Assembly: GCA_035995165.1 (NCBI GenBank)
Contig: DASYKU010000050.1
Span: 3,040-67,039 of the forward strand
Origin: Mycobacteriales bacterium
GTDB lineage: Bacteria; Actinomycetota; Actinomycetes; Mycobacteriales; CADCTP01
Length of the DNA: 64,000 nt
Direction of reading: 5' to 3'
Shown: one piece after another, positions 43,862-56,465 of the stretch
Position numbering within the stretch: position 1 is the stretch's first letter
Layout: each line of letters opens with the position of its first letter
Notes under the pieces: generated by a model
What the model was told of the DNA's origin: nothing
Databases searched by the model: none
Seen by the model: only the letters and a program-made list of their open reading frames with translations
Position numbers and translations under genes: made by a program

Positions 43862-44460
43862 TCGCGAGCGTGCACGGGCAGGTCGCGGCGGTCAGCGCGG
43901 CCGGCGCCGTGGTCGAGGTCGGGGGAGTGGGCCTGGCCGTCTCCTGCACCCCCGGCACGCTGGCCCGGCTCCGCGTCGGCCAGCCCGCCCGGCTGTCCAC
44001 CAGCCTGGTCGTCCGCGAGGACTCCCTGACCCTGTACGGCTTCTCCGACGACGACGAGCGCTCGATCTTCGAGCTGCTGCTGACCGCCAGCGGCGTCGGC
44101 CCCCGGCTGGCCCAGGCCGTCCTGAGCGTGCTGCCGCCGACCGAGGTCCGCCGCGCGGTCGCCACCGCGGACGTGCCCGCGCTGACCCGGGTGCCCGGCA
44201 TCGGCAAGAAGGGCGCCGAGCGGCTGGTCCTGGAGCTGCGGGACAAGATCGGCGCGATCGAGGCCGGGGACCAGGCCGGGCCGGGCGGGACGACGGCCAC
44301 CGCGCCCTGGCGGGACCAGGTCGGCCAGGCCCTGGTGAGCCTCGGCTGGACCGCGAAGGAGGCCGACGAGGCCGTCACCGTGGTCGCGCCCGAGGCCGAC
44401 GGCACCCCGGACGTCCCGGCCCTGCTGCGGGCCGCGCTACGGGTGCTGAGCCCGCGATGA
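43858..44460 (+). CDS. ruvA: Holliday junction branch migration protein
   Basis: It has a GTGA overlap with ruvC. Segments are [25 protein letters not shown] and the HhH motif [16 protein letters not shown]. Confidence 0.9.
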   Translation: MIASVHGQVAAVSAAGAVVEVGGVGLAVSCTPGTLARLRVGQPARLSTSLVVREDSLTLYGFSDDDERSIFELLLTASGVGPRLAQAVLSVLPPTEVRRAVATADVPALTRVPGIGKKGAERLVLELRDKIGAIEAGDQAGPGGTTATAPWRDQVGQALVSLGWTAKEADEAVTVVAPEADGTPDVPALLRAALRVLSPR

Positions 44461-44503
44461 CACCGGCCTACACCTCCGTACCCCGCCTTGCACCGATGAG
44501 TGG

Positions 44504-45535
44504 GTGACGGTGGCTGAACCGGACGTCGCCAGCCCGTACGCGGAGGGGGACGAGCGTGAGGTCGAGGCCGCCCTCCGGCCGCGCAAGCTGGAGGACTTCG
44601 TCGGCCAGCCCAAGGTCCGCGAGCAGCTCGGCCTGGTCCTCACCAGCGCGCTGCGCCGTGGCCGCCCGCCCGACCACATCCTGTTCTCCGGCGCGCCCGG
44701 CCTGGGCAAGACCAGCCTGGCTCTGATCGTCGCGGCCGAGCTGGGGGCCGGGATCCGGGTCACCAGCGGCCCGGCGATCGAACGGGCCGGCGACCTGGCC
44801 GCGATCCTCACCGCGCTCGGCGACGGCGACGTGCTGTTCGTGGACGAGATCCACCGCATCGCCCGGCCGGCCGAGGAGCTCCTCTACATCGCGATGGAGG
44901 ACTTCCGGGTCGACGTCATCGTCGGCAAGGGCCCGGGCGCGACCGCGATCCCGCTCGAGGTCGCGCCGTTCACGCTGGTCGGTGCGACCACCCGGGCCGG
45001 CCTGCTGACCGGCCCGCTGCGGGACCGCTTCGGCTTCGTCGGCCACATGGACTTCTACGAGCCGGACGAGCTGGAGCAGGTGCTGGTCCGCTCGGCCGGT
45101 CTGCTCGGGGTCCGGCTGGAGCCCGACGGCGCGGACGAGATCGCCGGCCGGTCCCGCGGCACCCCGCGGATCGCCAACCGGCTGCTGCGCCGGGTCCGCG
45201 ACTACGCCGAGGTCCGGGCCGACGGCGTGATCGACCGGGAGATCGCCCGCGCCGGCCTGACCGTGTACGACGTCGACGACCTCGGCCTGGACCGGCTGGA
45301 CCGGGCGGTGCTCGACGCGCTCGTGCGGCGCTTCGGCGGCGGTCCGGTCGGCGTGTCCACGCTCGCGGTCGCGGTCGGGGAGGAGCAGCGGACCGTCGAG
45401 GAGGTCGCCGAGCCGTACCTGGTCCGGGCCGGCCTGCTGGCCCGGACCCCGCGCGGCCGGGTGGCCACGCCGGCGGCCTGGACGCACCTCGGCCTCACCC
45501 CACCGGGGCCGGGATCGGCACTACTGTTCGAGTGA
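44504..45535 (+). CDS. ruvB: Holliday junction branch migration DNA helicase
   Basis: ORF 44504..45535. The Walker A motif is [11 protein letters not shown], the Walker B is LFVDEIHR, and [16 protein letters not shown] is present. Confidence 0.95.
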   Translation: MTVAEPDVASPYAEGDEREVEAALRPRKLEDFVGQPKVREQLGLVLTSALRRGRPPDHILFSGAPGLGKTSLALIVAAELGAGIRVTSGPAIERAGDLAAILTALGDGDVLFVDEIHRIARPAEELLYIAMEDFRVDVIVGKGPGATAIPLEVAPFTLVGATTRAGLLTGPLRDRFGFVGHMDFYEPDELEQVLVRSAGLLGVRLEPDGADEIAGRSRGTPRIANRLLRRVRDYAEVRADGVIDREIARAGLTVYDVDDLGLDRLDRAVLDALVRRFGGGPVGVSTLAVAVGEEQRTVEEVAEPYLVRAGLLARTPRGRVATPAAWTHLGLTPPGPGSALLFE

Positions 45536-45666
45536 GTCCGGAACCGGCATCGAGCCTGACACGTTGCGCCAAGCAGCAAGGCACGCTGTGTATAGACTGC
45601 CGCGATTGCCGACCGGCCGCCCGCCGAACGGGCGGACGATCGTGAGCTGGAGGAGATCGACCCGTC

Positions 45667-45978
45667 ATGTCTGAGCTAGTCCCGCTGTTGTTCATCGCGA
45701 TCGCGGTGGTGTTCCTGCTGGTCCTGCCGATGCGCCAGCGCAACCGCGCGGTGCAGCGGGCCCAGCAGCTGCAGGCCGGCCTGTTGCCCGGAACCGAGGT
45801 GATGACGACCTCGGGGCTCCATGCAACGGTCGTGTCCCTCGGCGACGACACCGTCGACCTGGAGATCTCGCCCGGGGTGACGGTCCGCTGGGCCAAGGCC
45901 GCCATCGCCGAGGTGAGGTCGCCGGTCGTCGCGCCCGAGCCGGCCGAGGCCGACAGCACCGAGCCCGACGTGCGCTAG
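45667..45978 (+). CDS. yajC: preprotein translocase subunit
   Basis: ORF 45667..45978. It has one TM segment (LVPLLFIAIAVVFLLVL) and lies directly upstream of secDF. Confidence 0.85.
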   Translation: MSELVPLLFIAIAVVFLLVLPMRQRNRAVQRAQQLQAGLLPGTEVMTTSGLHATVVSLGDDTVDLEISPGVTVRWAKAAIAEVRSPVVAPEPAEADSTEPDVR

Positions 45979-46079
45979 CCGTACCCCAGCACACCAAGAC
46001 AGAACGTGGGCCGGGTCATACTGGCCTGGAACGTTGACCCCGCCGCGGCGGGACCCGCACCGAGGAGAGATGACACCCC

Positions 46080-47831
46080 GTGGCCGCACCGTCCGGATCG
46101 CTGCCCATCGGCCGCTACCTCGGCGCTCTCGCCGGCATCTTGGTCGTGCTGTACGCGCTGGTCTTCTTCACCGGCAGCTCTGCCACCCCCAAGCTCGGCC
46201 TGGACCTCGAGGGCGGCACCCAGGTGACGCTGCAGGCGAAGACCACCAACAACCAGCCGCCGAGCAGCGACGCGCTGAACCAGGCCCGGCAGATCATCGA
46301 ACGCCGGGTCAACGGCCTCGGTGTGGCCGAGGCCGAGGTGGTCACCCAGGGCCGGGACCGGATCATCATCTCGGTGCCGGGCGCGAACGGTGACCAGGCC
46401 AAGACCGTCGGCCAGACCGCGCAGCTGCGGTTCCGCCCGCTGATCACCAGCGCGGCCGCCGCCCCGGCCCCGGCCGGCACGGCCACCCCGTCCGGCACCG
46501 CCAGCCCGGCCGCGAGCGGCTCGGCCGCCCCCTCGGCCTCGGCCAGCGGCTCGGCCTCGCCGCAGGGCTTCGCGCCCGCGCCGGCGGCGACCACGCCGGC
46601 CGCGAGCGCGCCGGCGGCGCCCGCCGCGACCGCGCCGGCCGGGACCGACACGACGATCCCGGCCACCCCGCCCGCCGGCGTCGACCCGGCGCAGTACCAG
46701 CAGGCCGTGCTCGCGTACCAGAAGCTGACCTGCTCGGCCGACTCCGGCGCCGCCGCCTCTGTCGACAAGCCGACCGACGTGATCCCGTCCTGCGACCAGA
46801 ACGGCGCCACCAAGTACCTGCTGGCCCCGGCGATCATCGAGGGCACCGACATCTCCGGCGCCTCCGCGGTCGCGCCGACCTCGACCAGCCCGCAGTGGAC
46901 GGTCTCGCTCGACTTCAAGAGCAAGGGCCAGTCGACCTGGGCCCAGTACACCTCGGCGCACAACGTGACCGCGACCCCGAACGACCCGGCCAACAACGTC
47001 GCGTTCGTGCTCGACGGCAAGACGATCTCGGCCCCGGCGATCCAGGGCACGATCAACGGCCAGACGCAGATCACCGGCAGCTTCACCCAGAGCGACTCCC
47101 AGGACCTGGCCAACGTGCTCAAGTACGGCGCGCTGCCGCTGACCTTCCAGCAGCAGGAGGCGCTGACCGTCTCGCCGACGCTCGGCACCGACCAGCTCAA
47201 GGCGGGCCTGCTCGCCGGCGGCATCGGCGTCGCGCTGGTCTTCATCTACAGCCTGCTCTACTACCGGGCCCTGGGCCTGGTCATGATCGCCAGCCTGCTC
47301 CTGTCCGGCATCGTGGTGTACGCGGCGCTGGTCATCCTCGGCCGCCAGATCGGCTTCACCCTGACCCTGGCCGGCGTCGCGGGCTTCATCGTCGCGATCG
47401 GTATCACCGCGGACTCGTTCGTCGTGTTCTTCGAACGATTGAAGGACGAGATCCGGGACGGCCGATCACCACGCTCGGCGGTGCCCCGGGCCTGGGTCCG
47501 GGCCCGGCGGACGATCCTGTCCGCGGACGCGGTCTCGTTCCTGGCCGCCGCGATCCTCTATTACCTCGCCGCCGGCACGGTGAAGGGCTTCGCCTTCACC
47601 CTCGGCATGTCGACGATCCTCGACCTGGTGATCGTCTTCCTCTTCACACACCCGCTCGTCACGCTCTTCGCCCGCAACAAGGCGTTCATGTCGCCGCGGG
47701 TGTCCGGGCTGGGCTCGGTGCAGAAGATCGCCGCCCAGCGGGCCGCCGCCGAGCGCGCAGCCGCCCCGGCCCGTACCCCCGCCCGTTCCGCCGCCGGCCG
47801 TCGCGGCCGCGTGTCGGCGAAGGAGTCCTGA
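46080..47831 (+). CDS. secD: protein translocase subunit SecD
   Basis: ORF 46080..47831. Segments are LGLDLEGG, RVNGLGVAEAEV and GITADSFVVFFERLKDE. An Ala/Pro-rich insert is typical of actinobacteria. Confidence 0.9.
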   Translation: MAAPSGSLPIGRYLGALAGILVVLYALVFFTGSSATPKLGLDLEGGTQVTLQAKTTNNQPPSSDALNQARQIIERRVNGLGVAEAEVVTQGRDRIIISVPGANGDQAKTVGQTAQLRFRPLITSAAAAPAPAGTATPSGTASPAASGSAAPSASASGSASPQGFAPAPAATTPAASAPAAPAATAPAGTDTTIPATPPAGVDPAQYQQAVLAYQKLTCSADSGAAASVDKPTDVIPSCDQNGATKYLLAPAIIEGTDISGASAVAPTSTSPQWTVSLDFKSKGQSTWAQYTSAHNVTATPNDPANNVAFVLDGKTISAPAIQGTINGQTQITGSFTQSDSQDLANVLKYGALPLTFQQQEALTVSPTLGTDQLKAGLLAGGIGVALVFIYSLLYYRALGLVMIASLLLSGIVVYAALVILGRQIGFTLTLAGVAGFIVAIGITADSFVVFFERLKDEIRDGRSPRSAVPRAWVRARRTILSADAVSFLAAAILYYLAAGTVKGFAFTLGMSTILDLVIVFLFTHPLVTLFARNKAFMSPRVSGLGSVQKIAAQRAAAERAAAPARTPARSAAGRRGRVSAKES

Positions 47832-47833
47832 GC

Positions 47834-49105
47834 ATGCTCACGCTGTTCCGCCGGCTGAACGCGGGCGAGGCCGTCTTCGACTTCATCGGCAAGCGCAAGC
47901 GGTGGTATTGGGTCTCCGCGGTCCTCCTGCTGCTGTGTGTCGGCAGCTTCGTCTTCCGCGGCTTCAACCTGGGCATCGAGTTCTCCGGCGGCACCTCGTT
48001 CCAGTTCAACGCCTCGACCGCGCAGCCGGCCGAGGTGCAACAGGTGGCCGAGCAGGCCGGCGCCCAGGTCGAGAGCACCCCGCAGATCGTCGGCGCGGGT
48101 GGCCAGCGGCAGGTCCTGCTCAAGGCCGGTGAGCTCAGCCCGGCCCAGCAGACGAGCGTGAAGAACGCGCTGCAGACCCGGTTCGGCCAGGAGGTGACCG
48201 TCCAGGCGGTCAGCTCGTCCTGGGGCAGCGACATCACCACGGCCGCGGTCCGCGGTCTGGTGATCTTCCTGATCGCGGTCTGCATCTTCATCGCGGTCCG
48301 GTTCGAGTGGAAGATGGCCGTCGGCGCGATCGCGGCGTTGTTCCACGACCTCTTGCTCACCGCCGGCATCTATTCGATCGTCGGCTTCGAGGTCACCCCG
48401 TCCACCATCGTCGGGCTGCTGACCATCCTCGGTTTCTCCCTGTACGACACCGTCGTCGTCTTCGACAAGGTCGACGAGAACGCGCGCGGCATCCTCGGCG
48501 GATCTCGCATCACGTACTCGGGGGCCGCGAACCTGGCGGTCAACCAGACGCTGATGCGCTCGATCAACACCTCGCTGATCGCGCTGCTGCCGGTGGGCGG
48601 CCTGCTGTTCGTCGGCGCCGGGCTGCTCGGCGTCGGCACCATCAAGGACCTCGCGCTGGTGCTGTTCGTCGGCCTGGCCTCGGGGGCGTACTCGTCGATC
48701 TTCCTGGCCACGCCGATCGTCTGCGAGCTCAAGGAGCGCGAGCCGAAGTACGCGGCGCTGGCCAAGCGGGTCGCCACCCGGCGGGCGCAGGAGAGCAAGG
48801 GCGAGGTCACCACCGGGACCCCGCGCCGGCAGAAGGCGGTCGCCGCGGCCGGTCCGGCCACGGCCACGGCCACGGCCACCAAGTCCCGCCGGGCCAAGGC
48901 GCCGGCGGACGAGGACGTCGCCGACCCGGAGCTCGCCGAGGACGAGGACATCGTCGAGGCGGAGCTGGCCGGCGACGAGACGCCCGAGCCGGCCGCCCGC
49001 ACCGGGGCCGGCTCCAGCACGCCTCGACCGGGCGCCCGCCCGCAGAAGCGCCCGTCGCAGAAGCGTGGGGGCGGTGGCCGGCCCTCGGCCAAGAAGCGCC
49101 GGTGA
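47834..49105 (+). CDS. secF: protein translocase subunit SecF with a charged C-terminal extension
   Basis: ATG 47834 within ORF 46895..49105. Segments are FDFIGKRKRWY, GIEFSGGT and FSLYDTVVVFDKV. Confidence 0.9.
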   Translation: MLTLFRRLNAGEAVFDFIGKRKRWYWVSAVLLLLCVGSFVFRGFNLGIEFSGGTSFQFNASTAQPAEVQQVAEQAGAQVESTPQIVGAGGQRQVLLKAGELSPAQQTSVKNALQTRFGQEVTVQAVSSSWGSDITTAAVRGLVIFLIAVCIFIAVRFEWKMAVGAIAALFHDLLLTAGIYSIVGFEVTPSTIVGLLTILGFSLYDTVVVFDKVDENARGILGGSRITYSGAANLAVNQTLMRSINTSLIALLPVGGLLFVGAGLLGVGTIKDLALVLFVGLASGAYSSIFLATPIVCELKEREPKYAALAKRVATRRAQESKGEVTTGTPRRQKAVAAAGPATATATATKSRRAKAPADEDVADPELAEDEDIVEAELAGDETPEPAARTGAGSSTPRPGARPQKRPSQKRGGGGRPSAKKRR

Positions 49106-49677
49106 GCGGACGGTCGGGCGCGGCGGCGTCCGGACCGGAGCGCCGCACCGTGACCGACCTGGGGGAGCGGGTTGCTGCTCGGCTGCGGGACGTTCCTGAC
49201 TTCCCCAAGCCGGGGATCGTGTTCAAGGACCTGACCCCGCTGCTGGCCGACGGCCCCCTGTTCGCCGAGGTCGCCCGCGCGATCGCGGCCGAGCACGCCG
49301 GCGCCGGCTTCGACGTCGTGGCCGGTGTGGAGGCCCGCGGCTTCCTGTTCGCGGCCGCGATCGCGATCGAGACCGGCCTCGGCGTGGTCCCGGTCCGCAA
49401 GGCCGGCAAGCTGCCCTGGCGCACGGTCTCCGCCGCGTACCAGCTGGAGTACGGCGAGGCCGAGGTCGAGGTGCACGAGGACGCGTTCGCCGGCCACCGC
49501 CGGGTGCTGCTGGTCGACGACGTGCTGGCCACCGGCGGGACGCTGGCCGCGGCCGCCGACCTGGTCGGCCGGGCCGGGGGAGAACTGACCGGAGTGTCCG
49601 TCGTGGTCGAGTTGACCGCTCTCGGGGGTCGCGACCGATTGGCCCAGCTCGACGTGCACAGCGTGTTAGCGGCCTAG
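49102..49677 (+). CDS. apt: adenine phosphoribosyltransferase
   Basis: GTG 49102 overlaps the secF TGA. Segments are FPKPGIVFKDLTPLL and the PRPP motif VLLVDDVLATGGT. Confidence 0.9.
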   Translation: MSGRSGAAASGPERRTVTDLGERVAARLRDVPDFPKPGIVFKDLTPLLADGPLFAEVARAIAAEHAGAGFDVVAGVEARGFLFAAAIAIETGLGVVPVRKAGKLPWRTVSAAYQLEYGEAEVEVHEDAFAGHRRVLLVDDVLATGGTLAAAADLVGRAGGELTGVSVVVELTALGGRDRLAQLDVHSVLAA

Positions 49678-49792
49678 CCGCCGGACGTCGCGAGGGTGCG
49701 CCGATCGGGCGACACCAGCGTGGTCTGCGCCGCGTGTCCCCAGGCCCACGTACACTCGGTGAGGTCAGCTCCGCGACGAAAGGGGAGCGGCC

Positions 49793-52309
49793 CTGAGCTC
49801 GGACCTCGCGCCGGCGGCGGCACTGACCGGTTCTGACCCGGACCGGACGGCCGCGGATGAGGCGCGTCCGGAGCAGGCCACCACCGCCCCTGAGGCCCCG
49901 CTCGACGCGGACGTCGAGGTCAGCGAGGAGGCCGAGTTCGAGGCCGACCCGTACCCGACCCAGCCGCTGCCCGGTCTCCCGCTCGTCCTGGACGACGAGG
50001 ACGACGAGGACGAGGACATTCCGGAGGCGGTTCCGGACGAGATCGACCCGACGACGTACCGGCGCCGGGTCCGGGCCCGGCTGGCCCGCCGGCTGGCATC
50101 CGGGGGGCAGCGCCCGTCCGGCATCCAGGCCGTGCTGGAGCCGCTGGTCGCCACCCACCGTGCCGCCCACCCCAAGGCCGACCTGAAGATCCTGCAGCGG
50201 GCGTACGACATCGCGGAGGAGCGCCACCGCGGCCAGCTGCGCAAGTCCGGCGACCCGTTCATCACCCACCCGCTCGCGGTGGCCACGATCCTGGCCGAGC
50301 TCGGCATGGACACCACCACGCTGGTGTCCGCGCTGCTGCACGACACGGTCGAGGACACGACGTACGGGCTGGAGGACGTCAAGCGCGACTTCGACGCCGA
50401 GGTCGCGCACCTCGTCGACGGCGTCACCAAGCTCGACAAGGTCAAGTACGGCGACGCCGCCGAGGCCGAGACGATCCGCAAGATGATCGTCGCGATGGCC
50501 CGCGACCCGCGCGTGCTGGTCATCAAGCTGGCCGACCGGCTGCACAACATGCGCACGCTGCGCTTCCTCAAGCCCGACAAGCAGGAGCGCATCGCCCGGC
50601 AGACGCTGGAGGTGCTCGCCCCGCTGGCGCACCGGCTCGGCATGAACACCGTGAAGTGGGAGCTGGAGGACCTGGCCTTCGCCACCCTCTACCCGAAGCG
50701 GTACGACGAGATCGTCCGGCTGGTGGCCGAGCGCGCCCCGTCCCGGGACACCTACCTGGCCCGGGTGGTCGAGCGGGTCTCCGCCGACCTGCGCGCGGCC
50801 CGGGTGAAGGCGACCGTGACCGGCCGGCCGAAGCACTACTACTCGATCTACCAGAAGATGATCGTCCGCGGCCGCGACTTCACCGACATCTACGACCTGG
50901 TCGGCATCCGGATCCTGGTCGACTCGGTGCGCGACTGCTACGCGACGCTCGGCGTGGTGCACGCGACCTGGCAGCCGGTCCCGGGCCGGTTCAAGGACTA
51001 CATCGCGATGCCGAAGTTCAACATGTACCAGTCGCTGCACACGACGGTCATCGGCCCCGAGGGCAAGCCGGTCGAGCTGCAGATCCGGGACCTGGCCATG
51101 CACCGGACCGCGGAGTACGGCATCGCGGCGCACTGGAAGTACAAGGAGACCAACAAGCCCGAGGTGCTCACCCCGGGCACGCCCGGCGGCGAGGACCTGC
51201 TCTGGCTGCGGCAGCTGCTGGACTGGCAGCGCGAGACCCAGGAGCCGGGGGAGTTCCTGGAGTCGCTGCGCTTCGACCTGGGCTCCCGCGAGGTCTTCGT
51301 CTTCACGCCCAAGGGCGACGTGATCGCGCTGCCGTCCGGCTCCACCCCGGTCGACTTCGCGTACGCGGTGCACACCGAGGTCGGCCACCGCTGCATCGGC
51401 GCCCGGGTCAACGGCCGGCTGGTGGCGCTGGAGTCGCCGCTGGAGAACGGCGACACGGTCGAGGTCTTCACCTCCAAGTCCGAGGGCGCCGGCCCGTCGC
51501 GGGACTGGCTGTCGTTCGTGGCCTCGCCGCGGGCGAAGACGAAGATCCGGCAGTGGTTCGCCAAGGAGCGCCGCGAGGACGCGATCGAGTCCGGCAAGGA
51601 CGCGATCAGCCGGGCCATGCGCAAGGCCGGCCTGCCGCTGCAGCGGCTGTTCGGCGGCGACGCGCTGAAGACCATGGCCAGCGACCTGCGCTACACCGAC
51701 ATCACCGCGCTCTACGCGGCCGTCGGCGAGGGCCACGTCAGCGCCACCTCGGTGGTGCAGAAGCTGGTCGCCTCGCTCGGCGGGTCCGAGGGCGCGGCCG
51801 AGGACATCGCCGAGACCGCCGTACCGGCCCGGACCGGGCGGCGGCGGCCGACCGGCGACCCGGGGGTCGTGGTCAAGGGCGCCTCGGACGTCTGGGTCAA
51901 GCTGGCCAAGTGCTGCACGCCGGTGCCGGGCGACGAGATCATCGGCTTCGTCACCCGTGGCGGCGGCGTGTCCGTGCACCGCAAGTCCTGCACCAACGCC
52001 TCCGACCTGCTCTCGGAGCCGGAGCGGATCGTCGAGGTCGAGTGGGCGCCGTCCACCGACTCGGTCTTCCTGGTCGCGATCCAGGTCGAGGCGCTCGACC
52101 GGCACCGGCTGCTGTCCGACGTCACCCGGGTCCTGTCCGACGAGCGGATCAGCATCCTGTCCGCGTCGGTGACGACCTCCCGGGACCGCGTCGCGGTCAG
52201 CCGGTTCACCTTCGAGCTCGGTGATCCGAAGCACCTCGGTCACCTTCTGAAGGCGATCCGGTCGGTCGAGGGTGTGTACGACGTGTACCGCCTCACGTCG
52301 GGTACGTGA
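49793..52309 (+). CDS. relA: bifunctional (p)ppGpp synthetase/hydrolase RelA/Rel; 5' end uncertain (conserved core from 50132)
   Basis: ORF 50132..52309 carries HD (HDTVEDT), synthetase ([24 protein letters not shown]), TGS, CC and ACT regions. The in-frame coding-like extension reaches back to 49763 with no ATG/GTG/TTG. CTG 49793 follows AAAGGGGAG. Confidence 0.9.
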   Translation: MSSDLAPAAALTGSDPDRTAADEARPEQATTAPEAPLDADVEVSEEAEFEADPYPTQPLPGLPLVLDDEDDEDEDIPEAVPDEIDPTTYRRRVRARLARRLASGGQRPSGIQAVLEPLVATHRAAHPKADLKILQRAYDIAEERHRGQLRKSGDPFITHPLAVATILAELGMDTTTLVSALLHDTVEDTTYGLEDVKRDFDAEVAHLVDGVTKLDKVKYGDAAEAETIRKMIVAMARDPRVLVIKLADRLHNMRTLRFLKPDKQERIARQTLEVLAPLAHRLGMNTVKWELEDLAFATLYPKRYDEIVRLVAERAPSRDTYLARVVERVSADLRAARVKATVTGRPKHYYSIYQKMIVRGRDFTDIYDLVGIRILVDSVRDCYATLGVVHATWQPVPGRFKDYIAMPKFNMYQSLHTTVIGPEGKPVELQIRDLAMHRTAEYGIAAHWKYKETNKPEVLTPGTPGGEDLLWLRQLLDWQRETQEPGEFLESLRFDLGSREVFVFTPKGDVIALPSGSTPVDFAYAVHTEVGHRCIGARVNGRLVALESPLENGDTVEVFTSKSEGAGPSRDWLSFVASPRAKTKIRQWFAKERREDAIESGKDAISRAMRKAGLPLQRLFGGDALKTMASDLRYTDITALYAAVGEGHVSATSVVQKLVASLGGSEGAAEDIAETAVPARTGRRRPTGDPGVVVKGASDVWVKLAKCCTPVPGDEIIGFVTRGGGVSVHRKSCTNASDLLSEPERIVEVEWAPSTDSVFLVAIQVEALDRHRLLSDVTRVLSDERISILSASVTTSRDRVAVSRFTFELGDPKHLGHLLKAIRSVEGVYDVYRLTSGT

Positions 52310-52424
52310 CCGAACGGCGCTGACGCGCCGATTCCGACGCCTTCGCTCACTGAGCGTGCTTGTCGGGTGGAGTCCGGTCCCACTTTCTGTCACGCTCCGT
52401 CGTGATGACTCAACGTGGTGTGGA

Positions 52425-52510
52425 GCCGGAATTTGCTTACTCACAGCATTTATAACGGCACTCAAAGTCGTTATTGCATTGACTCGCGATTGATGTCTGA
52501 ATAAACCTGC
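52425..52510 (+). promoter_or_regulatory. AT-rich intergenic tract (about 40% G+C) upstream of the radical-SAM/RSH2 pair; putative promoter or regulatory region
   Basis: My hand count gives 32 G+C in the 80 nt of 52431-52510, in a genome that otherwise appears to be above 70% G+C. It contains TTGACT (52479-84), TTGCTT and TATAAC hexamers, but I could not fit a convincing -35/-10 spacing. Confidence 0.4.
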
Positions 52511-52575
52511 CCGGAGCGGGTCGAAGCACCGTGCCCGCGCGGGGAAGTCCACCGACGCACCGGAGAGGGAGCGCA

Positions 52576-54242
52576 ATGTCCGCGGGCCGACGGATCGCCT
52601 GGTCGTCGACCGACCGCTACAGCCCGGTCCAGGACCGGGCCGGGGTCTTCGACCCGGCCGACGACGAGCTCCCGCCCGTGTCCCTGCGGGTCAACCAGAA
52701 CCCCTCGCCGTACTGGCCGGGGTGGCTGGACGAGCGCGAGATCCTCCGGGTCACCTACCAGGGTGACGATCGCTGCAATTTGCGCTGCCCGGGGTGCTAC
52801 ACGGGCGAGCGGCTCGACCGGCCCTCGATCGCGCCCACCGCGGCCAACGAGCGACTGCGCGTGCCGTGGGAGGACTTCACCGGTCACCTGCGCGGACTCG
52901 GCGCGGGGCTGCAGGATTTCTACCTCCTCGGGGCCGAGCCGACGATGGACCCGGAGGGGTCGGCGGCCAAGCTGGAGCACGCGGCCGCGGTCGGCCTGGC
53001 CACCATGTCGATCACCAACGGGGCGACCTCGCCGGCCCGGTTCGACCGGACCTTCGGGCCCGCGCTGGAGGCCGGTGACCTCTACAAGGTCATCGTCAGC
53101 CTGGACTCGATCGACCCGGCCGTGAACGACGCGCTGCGCGGCTCGGCCGGCGCGTTCCGCAAGACCATCGCCACGATCGAACGGGCAGTTGCACAGGGCG
53201 TACCGGTCAAGGTTCAAGTCACTGTTTGGCCGCGCAATTACTTGACCGTTCTGGAAACAGTACGTGCACTGTGGGAGATGGGAGTGCGCGGTTTTGCTTT
53301 CCACAGCGGTTCGGTGGAAGGCACGTCCGACTTCTTGGCCAAGGGGCTGGATCACCTCGATCCGCTCGCGTGGCGCACGCTCTGTGAGCGGCTGTACGAG
53401 TTCCGGGACACGCACCGTGACGAGCTGGTCCATTTCAACTTCCCGCTCATCTACTTCACCGAGCGTGAGCTGCGCGGCCGGGTCATCGGCGACGACGAGC
53501 TCGCGGACGCGTACCTGACCCACGTCGCGGCGGTCGAGGAGGGCGTGGACTCGACCAAGCCGTTCCACGCCTGCCCAGCCATGGACGTCCCCCAGGTGTA
53601 CGTCTACGCCAACGACGGGCCGGCCGGGCGCGGCTCCGTCTCGCTCTGCAACGTGCACAGCCCGGATTCGGACGCGGCCTTCGCCGACTACGACCCGGAC
53701 AGCGGCCGCTGGCGGATCGTCGAGGACCCGGCCCGCAACCAGATGCAGCGGATGGCCGACTCGCCGCACCTGTGCCCGGCGATGCCGTTCGCGACCGGCG
53801 GGCGTAGCTCGGACCGGGTCGTCACCGAGGCCGGCGCGCTCTACCACGCCTGCCGCTACCTGGGCTGCAACCAGATCGCGACCGACCAGGGCCAGTTCGG
53901 GTGGACGGCCTGGGAGCGGTCGGTGGAGTTCTACCGGGCCGTCGAGGTGCTGCGGGCGGTCTCCGTACGGTCCGGGGCGGAGGCGGTCGAGCCGCACCTG
54001 GCCCGGGTCCGGCGGCTCGGCACCGGCGTCCCGACCCTGCGGGACCGGACGATCGCGGTGCTGCGGGAGGCGGCCTCGCTCGGCGCGGTCGAGCTGGACG
54101 CGTTCCCGGCCGAGGTCGTGGCCGCGGTCGGGACGTCCCGGCGCTCGTCCACCGTCCCGCTCGGGCTCCCGGTCTTCGTGCTCGGGGCACCCGGCGGGGA
54201 GACCGACGGGGCCGGCGCCGCGACGCCGTGCGGGAGCTGCCG

Positions 54243-54246
<4 letters not shown>
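52576..54246 (+). CDS. radical SAM protein, 556 aa (PqqE/MoaA-like core plus a long Cys-containing C-terminal region)
   Basis: ORF 52531..54246, start set at ATG 52576 after GGAGAGGGAG. The CX3CX2C motif is DDRCNLRCPGCY. Other motifs are LLGAEPTM, SITNG and VSLDSIDPAVNDALRG. C-terminal cysteines are FHACPAMD, SLCNVH, HLCPAMP, YHACRYLGCNQ and TPCGSC. Confidence 0.8.
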
Positions 54247-56459
<2,213 letters not shown>

Positions 56460-56465
56460 CCGGGC

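Noticed and set aside
52356-52493. The tiny ORFs of 45 aa and 16 aa upstream of the radical-SAM gene as RiPP precursor peptides.
   Set aside because: The codons are strongly A/T-ending in a GC-rich genome, there is no ribosome-binding site, and no leader/core organisation is recognisable. I kept this only as a low-probability note inside a finding.
49223-52576. A 1117-aa minus-strand ORF antisense to apt/relA. Similar long ORFs are 84..1616, 91..1308, 5525..7213, 7210..8880, 8747..10447, 10381..11862, 11076..12893, 13687..15618, 29447..31399, 32979..35246, 53931..56444 and 59347..61302.
   Set aside because: All are Arg/Pro/Gly/Ala-rich with no recognisable domains. They overlap genes with clear family motifs on the other strand or frame. 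These are typical shadow ORFs of a stop-codon-poor high-GC genome.
53901-54242. An extension of the RSH2 ORF upstream of GTG 54243.
   Set aside because: It would overlap the radical-SAM gene's 3' end for 340 nt in another frame. The GTGA stop/start junction gives a simpler start.
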